A DNA stretch of 59,531 nt, filler included, from Sphacelaria rigidula (lineage: Eukaryota): assembly GCA_964200075.2 (NCBI GenBank). It is 9 parts of 9 records of this genome, joined end to end, with 100 filler letters (N's around TTAATTAATTAA, not from the genome) between each part and the next. Parts side by side here need not be neighbours in the genome. Positions count along the whole stretch, not along the records: positions 46,382 to 52,906 come from CAXNAA020019549.1; positions 53,007 to 59,531 come from CAXNAA020019550.1; 7 more parts are not named here. One strand, 5' to 3'. This document shows positions 46,501 through 59,531 of this stretch, piece after piece (position 1 is the first letter of the stretch; each line of letters begins with the position of its first letter). A program made the translations under genes and the position numbers. The notes beneath the pieces are model-generated. The model saw nothing but the letters and a program-made list of their open reading frames with translations. It had not been told where the DNA came from and made no database searches.

Positions 46501-48137
46501 GTCGCGGTGCTGGTTTTTGCTGTGTGTACGAAGTTAAACATAGTTGACCCGTTGCGTTCCCTCATTCGATAAAACTAATCCGACCGCACCGGGGCGGCAT
46601 TTGCGTTGCGAGCATGACGCATGTCGGTGGATTCTTTTGCAGCCTTCCGCCGTAAAAATGGTTGCTGTCGGTATTTTGTTTTCCCATCTTTTCTTCTTCA
46701 TCAGCGCTCGAACTAATGAGGCGTCTGGACCGGGGACGGGAGGGGAGTCCCCCGGGTTAAGCTCACGCCCTTGTGCTATTCAACGGCGAGAATCAGATAC
46801 TTTGGAAAAAAAAGGAGGGGGAGCATCTGGTGGGCGTTGAGCCTGCGGTCTTTTCGATCCCAATGTTATCAGTTGAACCATTATGCCACAGGGGCACGAC
46901 GGATGCCGGGGTGAATGAAAAACCATGGCTCACGGTGCAGTGCAACACACTAAAATGACGCAGATAGGACCGCTTCAAATGCGGTGTAGAAGAAGCAGAG
47001 CACTCGATGAAACGCCGATATACTTGCCGCAAGCGCGGCAGTGACACAAACAGCCCACGATCAACAGCCACGGTTTCACACACGAGGCTTCACCTGGCCG
47101 TGGATATGCTGCCGATGTTAGCCACACACACTAACTCGAACACTCTTGAATCGTTCGAATCGGAGAAGCCGCCAGCGAGATATGATCTCGTAGTAGGGCC
47201 AGTTGATCTTTAGCGGGGCGGGCTGTGAAGGCCTTCTTGAGATCTAGGGTGGTGCGGTAGTAAAATAATCGGCCATGGAGCAAAAAGGCAGACGACGTTG
47301 AAAACCTCCCTAGAGTAGTAAGCACGGACTAAAACATAGGTTCTTTTTTGTGATCGATGAATGTATAAAAAAACTGTTCTCATACCATACTTATTTAACC
47401 CGTCCCCACAACATATGGGAGAAGGCGAGATCATGTTTTCAAATCGTGGACCATGACAAATGCGAAAAATGTTGGAGCCGACCCCTGAAGGCGTTCTCTC
47501 GACAAGGAGTATGCTCCTTGTCCGAAGCCGTACGATGACACACGCGACACGTGATGCACGCTCTTGTCTAGCAATGGGAGCACTCCACGAGATGAAATCT
47601 CTAGCTTCGCCTCCATTGAGCGCATTACAACGTCCATAGAGTCAACTTTAACGAATAAGCCGAGTTTGCTTTAAAGTAGTGCTGGAATATTCGACACACC
47701 CCGTCAACTAGTTAGTTGATTATCGTACATGAAGTGATCGATTATCGAGGGACCCACCCACCCACCCACCCACCTACCCAGCCATGGTCACAGGCCACAA
47801 GATGTCAACGGCAGCAATGAATGAATGCCTCGCTCGAGACGCAAATTCTTGTCCCAATGCAACAGTCAGCTTTCAAGGCGGGGATGACAGCCGAAAACTA
47901 TTCTTGGAAGTTGATCTGATGACCTCACTTTGTATGCTCTATGAACACGGAGGCGGACATTGATCCTGTTGATTGGTTGTACCATGTTGACGTAGCCGCC
48001 ATCGCAAGATAGACGCACTCAGGCCAACTCTAATGGGAGCCGGTCAAAATTTTTGTTGAAAAACTGCCTCTCGGGCCCTTCGTTCGTCGTGTTACGCCCG
48101 AAAAGAGAGCTAGGCGAATGTTGACGCCTTGGAAAAA

Positions 48138-48394
48138 CTTGCTCTACTCGTCGTGACCGTTCCAGAGCAACATGCGTTTCTCGCTGGCCGCAGTTTAATT
48201 ATTGGCCAAAATTACATTTCCAATGACAAACGGTGACGTTATGAAAAAAAAACAGGGAAAAAAACTGCCAGTATTTTTTCATCACCTGACCGTTTGTCAC
48301 TGAAAATGTATGTTTGGCCAAAAAAGAAAAACTGCGGCCAGCGGGAGGAGCAAAGTTGCCCTGGAACGGTCTCAACGAACGCGAGTAGAGCAAG
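48138..48394. repeat. Foldback (long imperfect inverted repeat)
   Basis: cttgctctactcg...cgctggccgcagttt...ttggccaaaattacattt...atgaaaaaa is mirrored on the right arm. Confidence 0.85.
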
Positions 48395-49669
48395 CTGTTT
48401 CAAACACTTACACGTTTCGCCAAAAGTGTAGAAACTCATGTATACGAAGGTGTTGGGGCGACACCTAGGTAAGCGGACATACTTGAACCCTGGCATCAAA
48501 TATAAAGGCTGGTACAGGGTAAACGCCCAAAAATCTATTCCCCACTAGATACAGAACGCAAAACTGACCCGATAGGAACATATTTGGTATCATGGTGATT
48601 CATTCACATGAGAAAGCGAACAGTGGGACATCGCTAGATTTCTTCTTGCGTCCTTTGCTGCGGCACTAGTCGTGAAGACGTTTCTCAGTCAATCACGGGC
48701 CTTAAAATTGTTTTGAAACCAAATGTGAATTTCCGACATAGTTTCTAACCAATATCACCAACTGATCTGGGTCTATTTTTTCATTTTGTTCGGGGTTGAG
48801 GGCAATAAGACGACGAGTCATGCGTCAACTGCTGCTCATCACTTCTTATTGTTGCTTGTTGCTTGTTGCAAGCTCAAGATTAGACTCTGATTAAACGGTG
48901 GATTACCGTGACGCAGATACACGGAAGAATGCCCGAAGTAGATGATTGTAAACAAAACATCGTTCCTGTTCTCTGATTTACAGCTCGTGCCGAGAAAATC
49001 CATATACCTGTACAGCGCTTTGGAGTATGACGTATACTGCACTCACGCAGATCGCTGTGAGATTAGATATATTTTTTGTGGGGCTTCGGCGTTTGCCCAA
49101 GGCTAGCGTTCGAGCCTCGACTTGATATTTTGCACATACGAAGAGTAAAACCGAATTGAGATTGAAGGACCCGATTGGCCAGGTTATCTGCTTTCAAGTT
49201 ATCCCGCATTGAAAATTGTTCCAATATGGCTTCCTTCGCCTTTTCCGCAAGATAGACTCAATTCAGCGATCCATAGTTGTTGCTACCTATCGCTTTTAAA
49301 TGTCTTCGTCGAGACCGACTATTTTACGTTTTTCTCCTTCCTCTCTTGCCTTCCACTTTCCATTGTTTCTCTCCTATTTCGTTTGTCTATCGCTTCTGCC
49401 CAGTTTCCTCCGTTAATTTTTTATTTTCATCCACTTGCTTTGCTTCCTCTAGCGGGAGTTTTCGTTTTGATTGCCTTGGGCGCGTCTATTTTGTGGACAA
49501 TGACCACGGCTGAATGTATGACCCTCGGGGATCAATTATTACTACATGAGACAATCAGTCAGTCAATTAAACGACGGCATTTTCTTACAATGGTGCTTTC
49601 GAAATTGCGTATAAATCTTCAAGGCATAAACTGGAAAATTAACCCGAGAAAAAATTGTGTCGGACAACT

Positions 49670-50351
49670 CGGCAAAATGAAGATGTACCGGGACAGAGTT
49701 TGCTTAATTAAACTAGCGGGCGAAGCCCGCATCACGAGCCAAACCTCCCACACACAGACTAGGTTAACCAAAAGTGGATTGAAAGAAGCGCGACTACGGC
49801 CGAGTGTTCAAACTCGGCACTGGCCCAAAATTGGAGACCTCTCTCCACAATCAGACGGAGGACTGAAACATGGGACATGTCCTGTTTCACTACTGTACCG
49901 CAGCAAAAACACTCAAGCCCTCTCTCATGTGTTGGGGCTTCCACTGTCTGCTCTGTTGTGGTGTATTCACGCATTGCGAAGACGGTTTGGATTGCATGAG
50001 CTGCGATATTGTCGTTGTTTCCGTCTCTGTAGAAAATAATGTTAGTCGGCACGCAGTACTGGCTGCACACTGTTGAAAGCTTCATGGGTGTGTTGGCTGT
50101 TTCGTCTTCCGTAAGACGAACAACACGCTGTCCGTTGCTGCGACACTCCTGCTGATGCCGTGCGTTGGGCGCCTGTCCTGTATGTACTGTACCGTGCTAC
50201 TACTGTATTATGTTCAGTGCACAACACGTATTATCTATAACACTGTATTGGGTTGGAACGCGCTGCGAGTTAGACCGCACGAACACTTAGTTCTAGAGTA
50301 CTCCCCTGGTTGTTACCAAGCGAATTAGTCTCGCTCCAAATGCAGTCTGCC
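49670..50351 (+). repeat. Dispersed repeat family B, second copy
   Basis: Aligns with 14813-15370 and 16160-16252. Confidence 0.9.
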
Positions 50352-51860
50352 GACTGAAACACATAATTTTGGTGAAACCAGCCTGAACATGGAAAAGGGC
50401 GTCACCATGAGTATGCCGCACGTGATCAATATTCGTGCATAAGGGAGACCGGACTAACACGGGCATTGATCTGCCCCTGTGTTGAACTATCAGCTGGCGT
50501 AATATTCCCACGACGTTCAGCTTGAGTGATGTTCCCTAGCTGTTTTCCTGCCCCTGTATATTCTGCTTTGCTCATGGCTGTGCGTTCGTTGTATTTCGTT
50601 TTCATCTTCTTCATTCCCCCTCTTTTTATCTCTTCTCTCTTTTCTCTTGCGCCGTACTAACGCTCGTGTCATTCTTGCAGAATTCGTATTAATAGGTGAG
50701 AATTCCAAATAGTGTTAGCCTTATCATGTCTGAGTGACGACCTGCTTCCACTGCGTTGTGTTTTTTTTTCTTTCTACCTTCTACGATCTCCTGGCCTGAA
50801 ACCCAGCGACATAGGTCTGGCCTTTTCTCCCTCTTTTTTGTTTTTCCCGGACCGGTTCTAGGTTTTAGCCTCACGTCTTCTTTCGCATCTATTTCACCCT
50901 GTGCTCAATTCCATCTTTCCCTTTTTCGAGTCCTCCTTGAGCGAGTTTCTTGCTGGTTATTCTACCTTGGGGTACATTTGTCTTGAGACTGCGGCTGAAT
51001 TCGGAGCGGCAATCAATCGCCCGATCACTCGAGAAAAAATTAAGCGGCGGCCAGCGGCAACGCTGCCTCAAGACAGTAACTTTTCAACAGTACAGCACAG
51101 TACAGCACTGTGCAGTACAGTAATCGTGACTGCACGAACAGAAGTAGTGCATGGCCTCCAACGCACACAGCTGGTGTGAGGCAGCTGGTGAACGACGTGG
51201 CGTATTCGGTGGAGGGTGAACGTGTTCTAGACGGCGCGTGCAAGTGCGCTTGGGCGGTGTCTGTTTGCGGGAAATTCCTCCGCACTCTCAACAGCTAACC
51301 TGAGAACGAAAACCACAGGTTGAAGCACAAACACACACGAGAAACGCTCATGGAACCACAACTGAGAGCTTGTCTCCCTGACAAGCCCCTGCTGCCCAGG
51401 CGGGAGCTCGTGGTGTTGAGAGTCGGGGGAGGGGGAGTGACCTCGGTTGGTTCCTGAATTTCAAGCACATGTACACAAGGAAAAGCCGTACAGTCCCGCC
51501 GTGTAATCCTATTGGTCATTAGCGAATTCGTTTCAGCGCCCTTCGGGCCTGTCGAAGGCAAAGGTCTACACGTTACACTCAGTTACGTGCCACGTCGTGT
51601 CCCACAGGTCATGACATATATACATATGTAGTGCACTTGTTTCTGTTCCGATTGTCCTATATCAAAATGTATATGAAAATAATAAAAAATAAGTCGTCGG
51701 TGATCCACAGATGGTGCACTCGTTTCTGTTCCGATTGTGTCCCATATCCAAGTATATATGAAAACAATCTCAGCTGCACCGTCTGTGTGTCACAAATGAT
51801 GACGAATGTCCCAGCGAGTACACTATGTATATATGTCATAACCTTTGTCGTGTCCCATTT

Positions 51861-52010
51861 CACGTCAAAAGTTCAGCCAGGCTAGTAATACGGTGGGGGA
51901 CGGGGACCACGTGGAGAGCTCTGTTCAAAAATAATGTCAAAATCAGGGCTCCCCACGTGGTCCCCCACCGTAGTACTAGCCTGGCTTAACTTTTGACGAC
52001 TTTTGACGTG
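51861..52010. repeat. ~150-bp hairpin/MITE in Rab5 intron 1
   Basis: cgtcaaaagttcagccaggctagtaatacggtggggga... / ...tcccccaccgtagtactagcctggcttaacttttgacg. Confidence 0.85.
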
Positions 52011-52161
52011 GACGTAACGAGTGTCACGTGTAGATCATTGGTCGAAGGCTGATTCTCGGAACAAAAGGCAGCGGTCGCTCAGAGGTTCCACCATTTCCTC
52101 GCCCTTTACTATAATACAACGTTTGCCCTGCTACTGATCATACAAGCATGGTTCGACTGAC

Positions 52162-52288
52162 CTCCGATTGTAGGTTCCTGGTACTCAAAGAACTCGTCCC
52201 TAACGAACCGCACCACGAGACACGACTTCCCGACAGCAGTGTCCCCCAGCAACACCAGCTTGAAGTGGCACACCCTCCCCGAGCTCAT
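52162..52288 (-). CDS. RAB5: First coding exon of Rab5-family small GTPase
   Basis: [43 protein letters not shown]|gtcagt. P-loop plus Rab5 effector region (FxEYQExTIGAAF); phase-1 intron. Exon 2 not found in the contig. Confidence 0.93.
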
Positions 52289-53069
52289 CCTGCTTGTTCG
52301 TTCCCTTCTCCGCCGGTTGATCCCGCGCACACTCTACACCCGGCCGGCCACAGGGAAGGTACTGTATTCTCCTTCCTGAATCCGCGACTCACTCACGCCG
52401 AAGGCTATACAGTAGGTAATAATCGGCTGAACACCCTCCTCTTGCCCTTCTCTTCAGGGAGCGCGCCGCGCCGTTGAAAGTGTGCGGTACCTCTGCTGAC
52501 ACAAGCTGCTGGCACAAGAAATGTCCTGTCGAGCGGTGGGGTTTGGTTTCTCTCGCCCGAAGAGCTACTCCAAAAGTATCCTTTGCAATATTTCACGGGC
52601 CGTGGTGGTTCTTGTGTGTCTCTTGTTCGCTACCCAGCGATTTCTCCGTTCCCTTGGGAAGATGGGTAGGCCTCTTCTGGCGAAACCCTTTCGCAACCGA
52701 TTTTATGAAGAGTTGAGTACACGCCGACAGCCCAGGTTTTCTTTATTACAGTCAGGAGCTAGGTAGTGTGCGCTTTTTCACCACTTGCGGGCTTCGGCTT
52801 GCTTTTAGTTTTCAGCTGCTCACGAGGGGAGTGGGCGCGCGCGGGCGGAGGGGGTGGGGGATGGGGGCGGAGGGGAGAGGGGGGGGGGGGGGGGGGGGCG
52901 GAGGAGNNNNNNNNNNNNNNNNNNNNNNNNNNNNNNNNNNNNNNNNNNNNTTAATTAATTAANNNNNNNNNNNNNNNNNNNNNNNNNNNNNNNNNNNNNN
53001 NNNNNNCCCTCCCCGCTCCCTCTTCCCTTCCCCCCCCCCCCCTGTCGGCTTAATGTTGGGGGGTGGGGT

Positions 53070-53110
<41 letters not shown>

Positions 53111-53790
53111 TGCGGGCGGTGCGGGTTGCCAAATGGTCTGAGGAAGCTTCCGGGATCAATCATGCATGTTTCTGGAATTTCCTAGATCCAGCGGCAGATC
53201 CAGAGGGTATACTGTAGGTAATAGGTGTGACCGTTCCAATGGTTTTGGTTGGTTCGTTAGTCCAGTATGTTCCCGTACACAGGTCAACCATATTGAGCCA
53301 TCGACCATTCGAGCTTGATTTGACCCAAACCGTACCGTCCGCTGGGCAGTTCAAGGACACACAAACACGAAGATTTTTTGCCCTCCGCGTCGACCTTGCG
53401 ACCTTCCCGCCCGCCCTTGGGTTTTCAAGATAGCTCATCACTTTTATGAAACAGCAGCGGTAGAAAACTCGTAGACGGCCCATAACAGAGAATTCTAAAA
53501 AATGGGAACGAAATTGTGTACGGAAATGAAAAAGAGGAGGAGGAAACGTGTTCGGAATTGTGACAAACGACATCCCTCACCGGCGCCTTCGCAGGCACTC
53601 TTTGGGGAACTGGAGGTTGATCAACCCATTTGGGGCCTCTACTTTGAAGGTTGAAGGAATGAGTCCATGAAGCTGTGTAGAGATTTACCTGGTACACCTG
53701 TCTGATTGACCCCGGCACCTACCGGCGTATCATTTTTTCCGCGCATGCTTGCAGTACAGGCTGGGCCGCCGAAGACGCGGACATGGACGT

Positions 53791-54355
53791 GAACACGCGA
53801 TTTAACAGCTCAACTTTGGGTCGTTTTCTATATCTTTTTGACACAGTGTTCAGGACGTATGTACGAAGACTCCATCTCCGGCCCCCTACATTTTTTTTTT
53901 TTTGGAGTTCTTCACGATTTAGTTCCGAAAAATGTTCTGAAATGTTTGTTCGCCGATAACTCACGGAGAAAAAACATTTTGTACGGGGTGAATGGGGGCG
54001 TCTTTGCACATACATCCTGTACATCGTGTCAAAGTTCCATACAGAACGACCCGAAATTATGCTGCTGAATCGCGTGTTCGTCTTCAATTTTGAGTATTTT
54101 TTCACGAAATTCCGACACGATGTGCATGAGGTATGTTGTGAAATCCCTGTTGTCCCCCCTTGACATTTTTTTTTTATTGAGCTGTCGACGCTTTTGTACC
54201 AGGAAAAACTGTTCCAAATTTAGATCACCAATCACTCACGAGGGGAAAAGAAAAAAAAGACGGAGAAACGGTAGGGACTTCACATATACCCAATGTATAT
54301 CGTGTCAAAATTTCATGGAAAACGACTTGAAATTGAGCAGTAAAATCGCGTTTTT
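53791..54355. repeat. Double foldback (A-A'-A-A') element
   Basis: 53791-53890 inverts 53980-54079, and 54100-54155 inverts 54268-54320. A related arm lies at 6695-6785. Confidence 0.75.
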
Positions 54356-56379
54356 CTGTCGAGAACCGGTTCACTTGCTTTTAGAGTACAACCACCTCAG
54401 CCGGAACTTTGACGTTTTCTACAAGCTCGACGCCTTCGGGCGCTGTAGGTCTCGTCTGCGTGCCACCTCAGACCCTGCGCGCGTATAATACGACATGAAT
54501 TGTTGTACAACCACAACTAGTGCAGCACCATCATTTTGCGGCCGCGGCACAACCGACTGTTACCATAAATGCGATTTCAGCCGTTTTTCCCTCTAATTCC
54601 GCCGCACATGCCACCCTCAACTCTTGACACTTCGCAGCTGACTACAGTTTGGCATTTCGTTTGATGGGAACTTGTCAGATCGCAGTGCTACGTGAAGTGA
54701 AAGACGCGCGTTGATTTGCAGATTACCACGATGNNNNNNNNNNCACGATGTGTCATAGTAGGCACAACTCGCAATAGATCGTCAGTTAGACCCGGCTGAA
54801 GGAAAGCCCGCTTCTTCGGCGGCCCAGCCTGTGTATATGCCCCCAGGGTTGGGGTTTTCGTTCCCTCGCAGGTACCTCGAAGGTACCTTCGAGGTGTACC
54901 GTTTCCCACGATTCGGAGCACGTGTCATTTCCCACAATCCGCAACACTATTTTATGACCGTACAAAATGTTCCCTCGAATTTTTACTATCCCCTGTTGTT
55001 TATAGTGGAGAGCAATGGCTTACTGATGGCTTTGTGCTGTTTATTTAGCCGGGAATGAAGAAAGCATCATGTCGATTTCGGCCTATACTTACAAGCCTAT
55101 GAGAGGTGCATTGCTGGGTCCTTTTATCTTTTGCCAGATGCACATCGAGGGAGCATGACCAATGTAACGCGGAACCCCCTTCATGCTTATGCGTGACGCC
55201 ACACGCGTTCGACATCGACAACAAGGGCGACTGTAACGACGAGAAGGGCGCGTACCGCATACCGTGTCGTACTCCAGCCCCTTCCGACAGAGAGATCCGC
55301 AAAAAAAAAAATTACGTCATATATGGGGGGGAATTTGTCTTTTCGCCAATGTCGATGCGTGACGTATACGGTACGGTCGAGGTTCTGCTTGTCGATCCCC
55401 CCTTGTGTTCCCTAGCTCCACAGTGTTTGTCACGTACATATAGAAGAAGAGGTTAAAAATGCGTATTCTGCGTGCAGCAGGCATCGATGGCAAGCTGATC
55501 TTTTATACTAACACTATTGTACGAAAGCCGCTGACGAAAAACTCCTGCATGCAGAGTTGTGCAGCAGTATGATACACTTCAGGCGATACAACGTGCATGA
55601 AGTACAACAGTATCGAAACATGCTCAAGGTGTGAGGTGTGTCAGCAGTGTGTGTCAGCAGTATGTGTCGGCACTGCCCCGAAGGCACCAAGACTGCGGAG
55701 GCGCAGGCAGGAGGTAAAATGCTTGCATACGTCGCATCGGTAGTGGTAGCCAGCGTACCCTATTGTCACGCATATGCCCGATGAGATTGGTTCAAGGGAA
55801 TCACGAGTCATGCGTGTACTTGGAAACGTACAAACATTTGAGTTTGAATCGGGTCAAATCCGATCGGGGGTCTCCTGCACTAATTTCTGTACAAATGCTC
55901 ACTATCAACATGTTCATGTAAGTGGGCGTGCTGTGTCACTTTGAAAAGTGTAATTCTGAATCTCTTGACCACAGGTGATCTCAGTCCATCTGCGGAGGGG
56001 GGAGTGCCGAAGTCAAGAGGTTGATAAATCCTCGCGAGGCTGCATTTCGGAACAATTTCTGTGGATACCCTTTAATGCCAGTATCCCCGACACTGTAACA
56101 GAGTGGCTTCTCACTTTAAAAAGCACCAATCTCAATTTTAACCTGCTGCGTCGATTCCATCGTCCCGAACCCCTATTTCATGCTTTCTGCTTCAAAACGC
56201 AGTCGTGTAGCACATACTTGTGTTGAAGTCGTCGATCTAGGGTCGACTTGTGGTATGCCGCGACCAAGGGATCAAGAAGCACGTGACTAGAAAGCACAAA
56301 AATGGTCGAAATCTCGTGTTGGTCCCACCATGAATTGCGCCAATCCAACGCGTATATGTACAGCTGTTTTGCAAGACAC

Positions 56380-57821
56380 CAGGGCTCTTTACGTTACACG
56401 TTACACGTTACGTCACAAATGTGACGTCTGAAAAATTATACGTCACGTCACGTCACACTCTATGACGTCTTACAAATTGTATGTCACGTCACGTCACATG
56501 TTTTCGCCGGTACGTCACGTCACATCACACATGTGACGTCTTGAGAAATTATACGTTACGTCACGTCACGTCACAGTAACGTATTTTGAAGCTTTTATTG
56601 TGACGTGTAACGAATAATGTGCGTCACGTTTGTGACATGTAACGTAAAATGAAATGTTACACTTCGACCGTGTTGAGGGCAAATGAAAGCTACGAACGAT
56701 GGTTGTAACCTTTCATGTACCGTAACTTGGTACGGGAGGCTCACGGTGGCTGCCTTGTTCGAGGATGAGGTGCGTTCTGATCGCTATTTCAGCATTTAAG
56801 AATGTGTTTCAGCTAGTGTATCGCCCATGCGTCCCTGACTCACAAGTTGCAATTTCGAAGAAATAAGTGAGTACATTATTGATGCACGATAATCAGATAG
56901 TGAGATACCAAGATGCGCGCAGGCCATGATGTACACACACAAACGCAAGTATGTACAGATCATACGTTAGTGATAACTGGTAATCGGTTGGCATTTCGTA
57001 GGGCACCAACACATAGCAATCCGATTCTGTATTGTTCTAATTAATTGCTCGCTCAGCAGGGCGTGCATGCAGATCTGTACTACTATATAATACACATACA
57101 CTGATGATCCGGTACGAATCCAGCCGCGTTCGCAGGGCGGACATCATGAAGGTCGAAACACATGATGACTCATTGTGCCAAGAAGAGAGACGAAAACTTA
57201 CACAAAAACGTTCGAATAGAGAAGAACGGCAGAAAACAGAAGAACAAAATAACACCAACATGAGAAAGAAAAAAAGCAAAACCAACTAATTAAAGAGCAA
57301 AACTACAGAAGAGCAGTGGAGCCACCGAATTTGTCCACGAGGTCACAAGCTTGTGTGACACTTCGTACTCTTTAAGAGTCACTAGGTCTCTGATTACTTC
57401 GGTTACATCGATACCTCTTACAAAGTCATTCGCTCGTTCTACGGTTGGGTGCGGTCTGGCGGTGCAAGCTGCCGTGGCGCTGAAGTTGCGCTCACATCGC
57501 GCGCTTATTATGAGGACGTATGCACACTTTTCTTGAACTGATGTATCATCGCACGAGCATCACATTTGCTAATCTCACACTTATTGTGGTACGAGTTGAG
57601 CGCGTGGCGGTTGTGACGTTCATCCAGACGTCACAAACGTGTAATGTTTAGTGTAATGTTTAGTGTAATGTGTAATGTATATAATACATTTCACGTTACA
57701 ATAAACCTTTGAAAAAACGTTGATGTGACGTATGAAAAACAAATTCACGTCACGTCGCACCCTTGTGACGTGTCGTTTGTGACGTGTAGCGTACGTGTGA
57801 CGTATACCGTAAAAAGCCCTG
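56380..57821 (-). mobile_element. Internally deleted hAT DNA transposon
   Basis: 14-bp TIR cagggctctttacg / cgtaaaaagccctg, dense ACGTCAC/GTGACGT subterminal repeats at both ends, and minus-strand SARCERNFSA...TVERANDFV (~57420-57505) matching the hAT C-terminal dimerisation motif. No intact 8-bp TSD. Confidence 0.8.
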
Positions 57822-58543
57822 ATATTAAGGTAGCTGACACCCACCGCACCTCCAGATAAGTCTTTTTTGTTGTTGGTCACCGCGATGTTCGCCACACTTT
57901 GTTGGCATGGTCTTATCTGGGAGGGGCTTCAGGTTTTGGAAAAAGTTTTACTGCAAATACCTCTTTGCAATGCTCTTCACGAGAGGAAACAGTTCCACTT
58001 TTTCATATTTCAACATGTAACCCATGTAAGCAGTGATTATGCTGACCCAGTTTTGTCACATTCCACGTGGTTTTTATTTCCTCATATCGAAAGCAAACCC
58101 ATCCCAGACTGGACGGCTCACCAGATGCGACTGTATCCGCCATCATTTCTCAGCATCGCATAAATGCTGGTTTAGAGGCCAACAATGCCCAACTTGGCAA
58201 AGAAGAATACACCAGCCACATGGTGTTTTCGTCGATGTGTTCCTCCAACAGTTTTGGCGTGGAGAAAAAGGTGCTTACTCTGGGACCGCACACTACTTCC
58301 CGTGTACCATAATAGGATCCCCCACCGTTTACAAGTTCCATGATTGAGCCTTCGGGTATTTCAGTGTTTTTTACACGATAACGTGCCGCGTCTGTGAGGT
58401 TCTTCTCCTGGCATCCACACTGCTCTCTGGACGTGTTTAATAGCACTTGTTCATGCAAACGACAAGCCAATAATTTTTTCGTGTCTTGTAGTCTCATCAA
58501 ATTTTCCCCACCACTACTGTTCCCGTTCCCTTCTCTTCCGAAG

Positions 58544-58987
58544 GCCGTGTATAACCTGGATCTCGTGGCCCTGATGGCTGGTGGAAGGTTCCAAGAAATT
58601 GCCAATCGATTCGTCGAGGAAATGGAGCGGTATGTAGAGACAGAAGCAGCGAATGCCGCATCTGACCGGCATGCTCAGACCGAAAGCCCTTGCGATCCTG
58701 ACATGCCAAAGAAGAGCGCACAAGGAGCGCGGCCGAGCAGTCATCCCCCATCGGGATGTGAGGACGGCTGCGACTCGACAGGTGCTCTTTTATGTCCACG
58801 GGGAATCATGGACACTGTGGGCGGTCCACCCACCAAGAAAGCAAGGCAGGATCGGGACGCTTCTTCCGGTGAAGAAGCAAGGGAGGCTCTCGGCAGAGAC
58901 GGAGGTGTTCGTCGAGTTCGATGCCCTTCCCTCGATATCTTTCAACGCGAGTACATGGAGACAGCGACACCTGTGATACTTACAGGG
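58544..58987 (+). CDS. Internal exon of JMJD5/KDM8-like (JMJ30-like) JmjC protein
   Basis: Pyrimidine tract-ccgaag| AVYNLDLVALMAGG ... VRRVRCPSLDIFQREYMETATPVILTG |gtgagc. Matches the JMJD5 motifs D(M/L)xLLMG and VPR..RPSL..F...F.....PVIL.G that precede the JmjC domain. Confidence 0.8.
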
Positions 58988-59531
58988 GTGAGCATGCATG
59001 AATGTGTGTGTGCCGCGTGTGCGATGCTCGCTGCTTATGCTTATGTGCTTGGCGCCATTGAATAGGTGGCAAGACCATGTCATCCTCTCTGACCCTTTTG
59101 TTCTTGGTTGTCGAAGTTTCGATCGGGGTTCTTCACCCTTCGGTAATCCATATGCGAAGTGTGTATGCATGTGTACACTCTATCCGCTGACGATTAGCCT
59201 CGACTTGCTGGTTGAGCCCACCCTCGTCGGGAATTTTTAGTGATACCTTCGGTCGGCCTCACTTGAAACGCATTTAATGGCTTCCACAGTCATACTTTGT
59301 TTTTTCCGGTGCAACGCTTGAGGTTCGCCAAGATTGTGCGGAGAGATTAGGACATTTTACCAGTTTCACATCCCACCTTGCAGAAAGATCCAGCGCTCTT
59401 GAACGACAGGTTTCCCTGTTTTGTCTTGTTTTTTTTTTCTCATCATACGTTTCCCCCCCCCCTTCCTTAGTACAACTCCGTCGAATCAAAGGATCGACCC
59501 AATTCCCCCCCGGCGCGGGCACAAACAAACA

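Noticed and set aside
46820..46895. tRNA-like remnant on the minus strand (GCCCCTGTGGCATAATGGTT...)
   Set aside because: Only an A-box-like start; the stems and B box do not hold. At most a decayed SINE head.
49209..50039. 276-aa ORF with apparent transmembrane segments
   Set aside because: T-rich low-complexity sequence fused to repeat family B, whose other copy does not keep the frame.
51760..51800. TQTVQL as Rab5 exon 2
   Set aside because: Lacks the flanking AAFL and KFEIWDTAGQE and has no suitable acceptor; coincidental.
53160..53720. Candidate minus-strand exons
   Set aside because: Splice-like sites exist, but the frame is ambiguous and there is no recognisable product.

Overview
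This is not one locus. It is nine unrelated ~6.5 kb contigs (1-6526, 6627-13152, 13253-19778, 19879-26404, 26505-33030, 33131-39656, 39757-46281, 46382-52906, 53007-59531) joined by artificial N44-TTAATTAATTAA-N44 linkers, so nothing can be inferred across the joins. The DNA is eukaryotic nuclear, intron- and repeat-rich, and probably from a brown alga or related stramenopile (inferred from the SINE/LINE families and intron style). Recognisable genes are single exons of SPCS2 (signal peptidase subunit), Rab5 and a JMJD5/KDM8-like protein, plus a tRNA-Thr(CGT). Also present: a frameshifted mitochondrial cox2 fragment, a decayed Ty3/gypsy retrotransposon with a very long pre-protease region, an internally deleted hAT transposon, a tRNA-derived SINE, a probable RTE-LINE 3' end, and many MITE/foldback elements. 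Most listed six-frame ORFs are spurious. I found no convincing new multi-gene system. The best leads are the atypical cox2 insert, two palindrome-array element types, a 270-bp coding-like hairpin and the gypsy architecture. All comparisons were made by eye.
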